The notes beneath the pieces are model-generated. The model worked only from the letters and a program-made list of their open reading frames with translations, was not told the origin of the DNA and made no database searches. Positions 23,611-32,000 of a DNA stretch of 32,000 bases are shown piece by piece. Location: NCBI RefSeq assembly GCF_036323395.1, contig NZ_AP028907.1, forward strand, positions 60,001 through 92,000. Direction: 5' to 3'. Each line of letters begins with the position of its first letter. The first letter of the stretch is position 1. A program made the position numbers and the translations under genes. Source of the DNA: Pyrodictium abyssi. Its GTDB lineage: Archaea > Thermoproteota > Thermoprotei_A > Sulfolobales > Pyrodictiaceae.

Positions 23611-23994
23611 CTATATGGCGCCGTGGGAGGGGCCGGGGCCTCGCCCCAATAGATACCCCGGTATCACCCCGTCAGTAGGCATGCAGACAGCCCCGAGGGT
23701 TGCCCCCCCCTTAGCGCGCCCGCTGCGGCCCCTTGGTCTGCACCTGTCGCTCCCCGCAAGCCCCACTGCGCGGGGCAGGTAGAAGTATAGAAGCGGGATG
23801 GAGGCCACAAGCTTAGCCCACGAGCCCTCCCCCGACAGGAACTGGTAGAGCCACAGGGCGCCCACGGCGGCGAACAGTACGCTGAGGATGCATCCGAGGA
23901 GCCCTTGTCTACCGCTAGCAACAAGCCAGGCCCCTATAGCAGCACCCAGAGCGACCCCGAGTAGACCGGCCGGGTGCAAGGAGCCCAGCCCCAT
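23611..23994 (-). CDS. possible small membrane protein (ATG at 23992-23994)
   Basis: MGLGSLHPAGLLGVALGAAIGAWLVASGRQGLLGCILSVLFAAVGALWLYQFL gives two clear TM segments. An AT-rich TATA-like tract is centred ~27 nt upstream, implying a leaderless mRNA. The C-terminal third is Gly/Arg/Pro-rich and dubious. Confidence 0.35.
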   Translation of the reverse strand: MGLGSLHPAGLLGVALGAAIGAWLVASGRQGLLGCILSVLFAAVGALWLYQFLSGEGSWAKLVASIPLLYFYLPRAVGLAGSDRCRPRGRSGRAKGGATLGAVCMPTDGVIPGYLLGRGPGPSHGAI

Positions 23995-24011
23995 ACATAC
24001 ATTATACGAAA

Positions 24012-24026
24012 GTATATTTATATTAT
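24012..24026 (-). promoter_or_regulatory. AT-rich TATA-like element (minus strand ATAATATAAATATAC)
   Basis: This is the strongest AT-rich island in the window, and it sits ~20-30 nt upstream of the ATG at 23994. Confidence 0.4.
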
Positions 24027-24532
24027 CGTGTCTCATCGCATCCAAGGCGTGGAGGCCAAAGACAGCCTCATGACGGCACGAGGCGCGGGGCCACCCAAGG
24101 CTGTCTGGGGGCCGCGGTCTACCCTCGTCCACGGTCCTGCTGCCTCTCCTTCTCGCTTCTCTTTTCCTCGTGGCGGTTTCGCGCTATCATGTCGAGGCTC
24201 ATCACGAGGTATAGTAGCTTGATGAGGAGGGCTTCCTCGTCTACTTCGCCGCTGAGGCTCTTGCCTAGCTCCCAGAGCAGCAGCCCCCGTACCGACCGTT
24301 GTGAAGAACACGCCTAGTATCATTGTAGCAGCGCAGGGTGCAAGCCGCTAGCCCCCGCTCATGCTTATCCCCTGGCTGGTTCCTTCCCGGGGCTGTATAC
24401 TGTCCTAGGAGATATGTGTAGCGTTTCTTTGTAGCCTTGGCTGTGGGCTCGGTGTTCCACCAGTAACACGCCTAGTTGTGCCGCTTCATCTCTTAGGTTG
24501 TGCTAGCAATGGTATACTGTATATTCTAAGAT

Positions 24533-24558
24533 GTTAAATATGGCGTTATTCTTTTAAT
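24533..24558 (+). promoter_or_regulatory. AT-rich promoter region upstream of acs (TTAAATAT and TTTTAAT boxes)
   Basis: GTTAAATATGG (24533-24543) and TTTTAAT (24552-24558) lie 45-70 nt upstream of the acs start codons (GTG 24601 / ATG 24613) in otherwise GC-rich DNA. Confidence 0.4.
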
Positions 24559-24600
24559 GAGTCGGGTTGACAGACGGTAGGCGAGCGGTTCTCTCGGCAG

Positions 24601-26619
<2,019 letters not shown>

Positions 26620-26636
26620 ACCCGACCCAGCCCTTG

Positions 26637-26641
26637 TTTTT
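26637..26641 (+). terminator. oligo-T tract (T5) downstream of acs
   Basis: TTGTTTTTAC begins 18 nt after the acs stop codon (26617-26619). Confidence 0.4.
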
Positions 26642-26703
26642 ACACGCTCACACATTGGCAGCACTCATTACCTCCTTCTACTCCATATAAACCTCTAAGG
26701 TAG

Positions 26704-27370
26704 ACGCTAGCCTCTATAACCGGTGTAAGATCACTCCTCTTCGTAACTGGCCCGAGCGGCATAGGGAAGACCACCCTAGCCCGCGCTCTAGGAAATTATA
26801 AGGATACAAATCTAATCTATATACCATTCTACGAGTCGCCCGAGAATCTCCGAGAAGCCGTGGAAGTCATTCTCGAAGGGTTGAGGAGAAGCCGCTACCA
26901 GGAGTTCATCGATCTAGCAAAGAAGCTTGCGCACGCAGCAGTCGCACGTGTAGCCGGTAAAGACGTACTGGAGGCTATTTCTGATAGTGACGAGAACCGC
27001 CAGAAAGTATACATGCTTTTCAACGAGATCGCAGAGCATGCAGATAAGTCAAAGAGACTAACCATTGTAGTCTTGGACGAGGCTCAAAACCTTCTTCGTA
27101 GATTAAGAGGTTTCGGGGAAGAGTGGGGTTATACAGTGTGGAGCTTCGTTAAAGGACTCTCTTCCATACAAGAGCAGAGCGTCTATACAAGGTTTGTCAT
27201 AGTTACTAGTGATTACTTCTTCCACGAATGATGTGTTCTTGAACGCCCCTAGCCTCGACTACATTGATACATTATTGATACATTCTATCTGGGAGAGCTG
27301 GTCCGCGGCGATGCTGAGGCTCTTTACCACTATGCAAGCAATGAGAAGGAACCTGGGCTCTGTCCCCCCG
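26704..27370 (+). pseudogene. degraded archaeal-ATPase (Arch_ATPase family) gene: no start codon, at least two frame disruptions, truncated C-terminus
   Basis: In frame with ORF 26860-27231, and directly after the TAG at 26701, the sequence reads ...RSLLFVTGPSGIGKTTLARAL (Walker A) with no ATG/GTG/TTG before 26860. Walker B is TIVVLDEAQ. The frame breaks near 27231 and again at the 11-bp duplication. GC content is markedly lower than in the flanks. Confidence 0.7.
27263..27284. repeat. perfect 11-bp tandem duplication ATTGATACATT x2
   Basis: Read directly: ATTGATACATT (27263-27273) is followed immediately by ATTGATACATT (27274-27284). Confidence 0.95.
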
Positions 27371-27375
27371 CCATG

Positions 27376-29616
27376 CTAGGCTCGGGGCTCTATTACTACG
27401 GCTTCGTACTCGTCTAGCCTTGGGAGCACTGTCTCCAGCGCCCCGTTCCTGGTCTCTGCCTGTAGCCGCTTGCCCCGTAGTGGTAGGTAGGCCGTGTAGC
27501 TGTCTGCTTCTAGGCCCAGCTGCTCCGGGCGTAGCCTGAGCCGCACGCCGTGCACTGGTACTACCGTCGTGGCGGGGTGTACTGCCTCGTGGGTGCCGAA
27601 GGAGGCGACCGGCTGCCGGGCGTCGCCTAGCCCGCGGCTCATTATCCTCTGGTTGTAGGTGTGGTTAATGAGGTGCACTATGACCCGGCCGCTCTGCCTC
27701 CATGGCTCTGCCTGGACTGTGGAGGGGGCGTCCACCTCTAGGGGGAGAGGGCCGCCAGCGTGGGTTACAGCGTTGTATATGAGCCTTAGGTAGTCTGTGA
27801 GGCCTAGCCTCCAGTAGTGGCGGCCCAGCTGCCCTGTGAAGTAGACGCTTCTCCCGGCTCCGTGCCTGTTGACCACTATTGCCGGCGCCTTGGTCTCTGC
27901 CCCGATCGGTGGCGGAGACCTGCCGAGGGTGTACTCGTCGCCCCAGGGGTACTCTGTGAGCCCTATCCTGGCGGGGGTCTCGGCGCCCTCGGCCGGGTCT
28001 ACTATCGTGTGCCAGCCTAGCTCGGGGCTTGTGCGGCTCTGGCGGAAGCTGTAGTCCATGTCTCCCCAGGGTATGAGGCGACGGGGTAGCCCCCGGGTTA
28101 CGGGGTGGCTTGGCTGGTCTACTACTAGGTAGCTCCAGTCTAGCCGTAGGAGGCCGCGGAGACGGGCGCCCAGCGCCTCTGCCGCCGCGAACTCGTAGCG
28201 TTCTATGCAGTCGCCGTCCCAGCTGCCTGCGAGGTACGTTGCCACGAGGCCTCCGCCGCCAGCGACGTATCCTGCCACCTCGCTGGCTGCGTGGTCCGGT
28301 AGGCAGACAGTGTTGGCGAGGACTACTACGCGGTAGCGCCGGAGCGTCTCCCCTATGTCGCGGGCTGAGAGGTACTCTACGGGCACGTGGCTGTGCTGGA
28401 GGGCGTAGTAGAACCCGCGGACCTCGTCTAGGTAGTGCTGGGGCTCACTGCGGCCGTAGTGGTCCAGCGTCTTAGTAGAGTAGACCACGGCCGCGTAGCG
28501 TACCGGCTCGGCCGCGTCGAGGTACTCTTCGAGGGCCTCGTGCTCCCTGAACACCTGCTCGGCTGCGTCCAGCGCGCTGGGGTCCTGGAAGTAGGCCGTG
28601 GAGAATACTAGGAGCCAGGGCGAGGCCCCGGCAGCCATGGCCTCGCGGAGCCCCTGCCTTATCGCGAGGGGGGAGGTGGCCACAGTTGTCCGGTACATGT
28701 GGAAGTAGTTCCTGGTAGCCCAGACGGGTTTGCCTCCGCTGACGGCGCGGCTAAGCTTGCTCATCTCTGCTATGAAGCCGGGCGGCTCCCGGTCGGCCTC
28801 GCTAGTCTCCACCATCACCACGTCTATCGCGTCGCGGGCCTCCTCCACTACGCGGTTATTGCGCCCACCCCAGCCGCCGGGGTGGCTGTTGTAGAGGAGC
28901 GGTGCGCCCGGCGCCGCCTCCTGTACTACTCTCTTTATCTCGCGGAGCTTCTCGGCGACCACCCTGTAGCGCCATTCCCAGAGCGCTCGCCACCTACTAT
29001 CGCCCCAGTCGGGCTCCCGGGGCATCTCGTAGCCGTGCTCGCGGCGGAACCTCTCCTGGCACCAGCGACAGTAGCAGCTCTTGTCGGGGTCCGGCTGGTA
29101 GCGGAAGCTGTCCAGCAGTATCCCCGAGGCGCCTAGCCCGAGCGCCTCAGCGACCTCCCTCTTGACGTGCTCGGCGAAGGGCGAGTTAAGGCACAGCAGG
29201 GGCCATTCGGGCTCGTAGCCCTGCTCGGCTGCCGGGACGTGCTCCAGCATTATTACCTCGCCGTGGCGGTTTACCTGGGCCCAGTCGCCGTGGAGCCGGT
29301 AGAGGTACTTGTTAGCGGTATGCCCGACCATTAGGACCACGCGTATACCGTGGCGCCGAGCCTCCTCGATGGCCTCGCGGACTAGGTCGCCCTTCATCTT
29401 GGCGTGGACGGGGCCTACCGTGCCGCCCCGGTAGAATATCCTGCCCCAGGCGTCGCGCGCGAATATCACGAGGACGTTAGCGTGGAGCCTCGCGGCGAGC
29501 CTAGCTAGCTCGCTGCCGCTGAGACGGGGCACGTAGACCCCGTAGCGGTCCTCTATGTTGAACTGGAGGACCCTTACGGGCCTCTCCCACCAATGCCTGC
29601 TTGTAGGAGGGTCCAC
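27376..29616 (-). CDS. GH42/GHL6-like glycoside-hydrolase-family protein (TIM-barrel-like N-domain with Cys4 site, GH42 trimerisation-like middle domain, beta C-domain)
   Basis: LLCLNSP plus CYCRWC (nt 29059-29076) match the C...CxCxxC zinc site I recall from Thermus GH42 beta-galactosidase. VVVLANTVCLPDHAASEVAGYVAGGGGLVATY resembles the GH42 middle domain. The N-terminus RPVRVLQFNIED is typical of GHL6-type proteins. Confidence 0.7.
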   Translation of the reverse strand: MDPPTSRHWWERPVRVLQFNIEDRYGVYVPRLSGSELARLAARLHANVLVIFARDAWGRIFYRGGTVGPVHAKMKGDLVREAIEEARRHGIRVVLMVGHTANKYLYRLHGDWAQVNRHGEVIMLEHVPAAEQGYEPEWPLLCLNSPFAEHVKREVAEALGLGASGILLDSFRYQPDPDKSCYCRWCQERFRREHGYEMPREPDWGDSRWRALWEWRYRVVAEKLREIKRVVQEAAPGAPLLYNSHPGGWGGRNNRVVEEARDAIDVVMVETSEADREPPGFIAEMSKLSRAVSGGKPVWATRNYFHMYRTTVATSPLAIRQGLREAMAAGASPWLLVFSTAYFQDPSALDAAEQVFREHEALEEYLDAAEPVRYAAVVYSTKTLDHYGRSEPQHYLDEVRGFYYALQHSHVPVEYLSARDIGETLRRYRVVVLANTVCLPDHAASEVAGYVAGGGGLVATYLAGSWDGDCIERYEFAAAEALGARLRGLLRLDWSYLVVDQPSHPVTRGLPRRLIPWGDMDYSFRQSRTSPELGWHTIVDPAEGAETPARIGLTEYPWGDEYTLGRSPPPIGAETKAPAIVVNRHGAGRSVYFTGQLGRHYWRLGLTDYLRLIYNAVTHAGGPLPLEVDAPSTVQAEPWRQSGRVIVHLINHTYNQRIMSRGLGDARQPVASFGTHEAVHPATTVVPVHGVRLRLRPEQLGLEADSYTAYLPLRGKRLQAETRNGALETVLPRLDEYEAVVIEPRA

Positions 29617-29682
29617 GACGCTACAACCAGTAGGTATGTATACACTGTGTGGAGAATATATGGCTCCTAGCCTGTAGGGCCG

Positions 29683-30507
29683 CTAGAGCACACCCAGCGC
29701 GAGTAGCCGGGCGACGTGCGCCCAGCCCTCGGGGGCCGGCTCCGGTGCCACGTGGTAGTCTGTCCGCCGTGGCCGGGCTAGCAGCTTGCCTCCCACCTGT
29801 GGTATCACGACCGCCGTATCCACGGCTTCGAGGAGGTCCTCGTCGAGGCGTGTATCCCCGATGCCCACTGTCGCCACGCTGGGGAACACCGACTCCTCCA
29901 CGAGCCTCCTAACCGCACGGGCCTTGCCGTAGCCCCGGCCAACGTGCAGGAGGCGCCCACTGCGCACTGTGAGCCCTAGCTCCTCCGCCCGCCTGGCTGC
30001 CTGCTCCATGCACTCCCGGCTGGGGCTCCAGTAGACCTCTATGTAGCGGCGCTTCTGGGCGAGTTCTGCCCGGAAGCCCTCGAGCCCCGTCATAGCCTCG
30101 GCGATGCCCGGCGGCGCCCGGGTGAGCCGGTAGAGCTTCTCGCTGCAGGGAGTAGAAGCCACCTCCTCTAGGAGAGGCTCCAGCTTCTCGAGCGGCTCAC
30201 CCACCTCGATGTAGTCCAGGCCCAGTTTCTCGTCGAAGCCGGTGGCCCGCGTTAAGACGCCGGGCGTAGCGTATACAGCGCCGCCTGCCTCGACAATGGC
30301 TATGAACGGTTCCTGGTCTAGGCCTAGGCTCCTTCTTAGCGCAAGCACCTCCTCTATGGTCTTAGCAGTCACCGGGACAACGAGGAAGCCGAGCATCCGG
30401 AGCAGGCGGGCATAGTACGCGTTGTCCCCGATTCTGCCGTCGTAGCTCATCATGCTCCCGTCGAGGTCTGTGAGCACCAGCCGCCTAGGCTGCCAGAGGG
30501 TCGGCAT
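29683..30507 (-). CDS. mpgP: mannosyl-3-phosphoglycerate phosphatase (HAD-IIB)
   Basis: HAD motif I LVLTDLDGSMM, motif II VVPVTAKT and motif IV GIGDTRLDEDLL. Lies 28 nt downstream of mpgS on the same strand. Confidence 0.85.
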   Translation of the reverse strand: MPTLWQPRRLVLTDLDGSMMSYDGRIGDNAYYARLLRMLGFLVVPVTAKTIEEVLALRRSLGLDQEPFIAIVEAGGAVYATPGVLTRATGFDEKLGLDYIEVGEPLEKLEPLLEEVASTPCSEKLYRLTRAPPGIAEAMTGLEGFRAELAQKRRYIEVYWSPSRECMEQAARRAEELGLTVRSGRLLHVGRGYGKARAVRRLVEESVFPSVATVGIGDTRLDEDLLEAVDTAVVIPQVGGKLLARPRRTDYHVAPEPAPEGWAHVARLLALGVL

Positions 30508-30535
30508 ACCGCTGCCCCGCGTGTAGAGTCACAGA

Positions 30536-31702
30536 CTACTTGAAGTAGTGTGCCATCTGGCTCTCGGCTAGTAGTGTCGAGAGCGTCTTATCCGGGTCTA
30601 TGCCCTCGAGGCTGTACACTCTCGGCTTGGGCGGCTCGCCCTCGTAGCTGTAGTCCTTGAGAAGGCCCAGTATCCTTTCACGGACCTCCTCGTCAGAGCC
30701 GAGCCTGGAGTGGTACACCGTGCCCAGGCTCTCAGCCAGCATCCCTGCTATGTGCTCGTCCCCGCGCTCAGCGTGTATGTGGGGGTTACGCGCCTCTATC
30801 TGGAGTATGTTGACGCCCTCGGGTAGGAGGCGGCAAGAGCCTCCCTCTAGGCCTAGGAAGCAGTCCTCAAGGAGCTGGACTATCTGGTATGGCTCTACGG
30901 CGAAGCCGCCCGCCCAGCGCATGCGGAGCGCGAGGTCAATGCTCATTGCGTGCTCGCCACTGTTAGCTGTTCGTACTATGTCCGTCTCGACCCGGCGTAT
31001 CCTCGAAAGAGCGTAGTTAATCACGCTGTTGGTGTGCATTGAGACTCTGCCGCGCTTCCTCAGGTACATGTCCGAGGAGGCTAGCTTGCCCTTGTAGTGC
31101 CACACTATCCTTACCATCGTGTAGGGAGACTCCGAGAGCGAGAAGCCCGCGTAGTATATCTTACTGTACTCGTTAGCGGCGCCCGGCACGTAGTTGTCGC
31201 TGTCTATGAAGCCCACATAGCGGGCGCCTATCCCGGCTGCCGCGAGGACCCCGAGTATCATGCCCTCGCCCTTACCGCTCCTCACAGCACCGCCGCTCAG
31301 CATGTCTTCGAGAGGTGTGCCAGCCAGCACCTCGGCCCACGCTGGGTCGCGCTGGTGTATGACGAGTATCTCTCGGCCAGTGACACTATGCAGAGTACGG
31401 GCCAGCTCCACTTCACGGCTATACACGTCTACCGGGGAGACCTGAGAGGCGGAGACGAGGACTATGGGCGATGCGTGCGGTATAGCACGGAGGACCCCCT
31501 CGAGCGTTATGAGCTCCTCGTCTTTCACCGGCACGACTATGGCCGTGGACGCTGCGTACTCTTCCATCGTCTCGTAGTCAAGCGTGTGGGTCCCAGACGG
31601 CTTCGACGACATGCCCAGAGAGTCTAGCTCTAGGACCCTCGACAGCTCGAATATCTTGACCGCGCCGTAAGCCTCGAACCTTGTAGGCAGACTGATCATC
31701 AA
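30536..31702 (-). CDS. mpgS: mannosyl-3-phosphoglycerate synthase (GT55)
   Basis: Close match to my memory of Pyrococcus horikoshii MPGS: IVVPVKDEE, HQRDP, RSGKGEGM, YVGFIDSDNYVPGAANEY, YTMVRIVWHYK, ANSGEHAM, EPYQIV and ARNPHIHAERGDEH. The likely true start is ATG 31699, one codon inside the TTG ORF start. Confidence 0.93.
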   Translation of the reverse strand: MMISLPTRFEAYGAVKIFELSRVLELDSLGMSSKPSGTHTLDYETMEEYAASTAIVVPVKDEELITLEGVLRAIPHASPIVLVSASQVSPVDVYSREVELARTLHSVTGREILVIHQRDPAWAEVLAGTPLEDMLSGGAVRSGKGEGMILGVLAAAGIGARYVGFIDSDNYVPGAANEYSKIYYAGFSLSESPYTMVRIVWHYKGKLASSDMYLRKRGRVSMHTNSVINYALSRIRRVETDIVRTANSGEHAMSIDLALRMRWAGGFAVEPYQIVQLLEDCFLGLEGGSCRLLPEGVNILQIEARNPHIHAERGDEHIAGMLAESLGTVYHSRLGSDEEVRERILGLLKDYSYEGEPPKPRVYSLEGIDPDKTLSTLLAESQMAHYFK

Positions 31703-32000
31703 AGCTGCTCTGCACCTCCTAGCCTACTTGCTGTAAAGGGGTGATAGCAGCTAGGCTCAAGCCCTCTGCTACTCCCAAGTGGTCATCATCCGGGCGTGGG
31801 CGTCTAAGAGAGCCTGCATAAGAGGGGCTTGGTACTGCCCGCCCGTAGATCTCCCCAATCCTAAATTATATTGATTCCTCTCGTCTCAGTGCCGAGGCTG
31901 CATAAGGACAGCCCATAGGGGCTAAGGGCTCGTGGCTACGAGGAGAAACCCGTGTATAGGCGGCACCCGGGTTGACGGGCTAGCGCTTGAGTTCCTCGAG

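Noticed and set aside
24001-24018. Imperfect palindrome ATTATAC-GAAA-GTATATT about 400 bp upstream of xerA, considered as a dif-like site
   Set aside because: The arms are only 7 bp with a mismatch and a 4-nt spacer, whereas archaeal dif sites as I recall them have ~11-bp arms and a 6-bp spacer. Its position ~27 nt upstream of an ATG fits a TATA/promoter element better.
24033-24323. 96-aa minus-strand ORF (MILGVFFTTVGTGAAALGARQEPQRRSRRGSPP...)
   Set aside because: After a short hydrophobic start, the sequence is Arg/Pro/Gly-rich and not protein-like. A different frame looks more protein-like but has no start codon. I treat the locus as a non-coding or decayed remnant rather than calling a CDS.
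28110-29165. Plus-strand ORFs antisense to the GH42-like gene (28110-28475, 28699-29136, 28902-29165)
   Set aside because: Low-complexity Arg/Gly/Pro/Ala translations with no motifs. The minus-strand frame encodes a coherent 746-aa protein with recognisable domains.
31980-32000. Minus-strand reading frame ending ...LEELKR-TAG at the window edge
   Set aside because: Only six codons are visible, so it cannot be supported as a feature.

Overview
GC-rich, densely packed archaeal chromosome segment. Its features point to a hyperthermophilic crenarchaeon (Desulfurococcales-like): frequent GTG/TTG starts, ATA/AGG/CTA codons, TATA-like boxes about 25 nt upstream of start codons, PaREP1 genes and mannosylglycerate genes. 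The species cannot be determined from the sequence alone. The confidently recognised genes are mostly housekeeping or transport. They comprise the thi4-thiC thiamine operon, aTrm11-like tRNA methyltransferase, an AEC-family permease, archaeal phosphopantothenate synthetase, a NitT/TauT-type ABC transporter (binding protein, permease, ATPase), an MFS-like permease, a family-5 solute-binding protein, AMP-forming acetyl-CoA synthetase, and mannosyl-3-phosphoglycerate synthase plus phosphatase. Between these sit accessory-looking elements. One is an archaeal AAA ATPase next to a NurA-domain nuclease paralog. Another is a Zn-ribbon/GNAT/ABC-ATPase fusion followed by an uncharacterised protein with a possible nucleoside 2-deoxyribosyltransferase-like C-terminal domain; this is my best candidate for an undescribed system. 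There are also two diverged PaREP1 copies (one frameshifted, one without a canonical start), a XerA-like tyrosine recombinase with a roughly 170-aa Pro/Gln-rich tail, and a low-GC archaeal-ATPase pseudogene carrying an 11-bp tandem duplication. Finally, a GH42/GHL6-like protein lies directly downstream of the mannosylglycerate genes. I did not recognise any rRNA, tRNA or CRISPR array. All family assignments come from motif recognition by eye and need HMM or structure searches to confirm.
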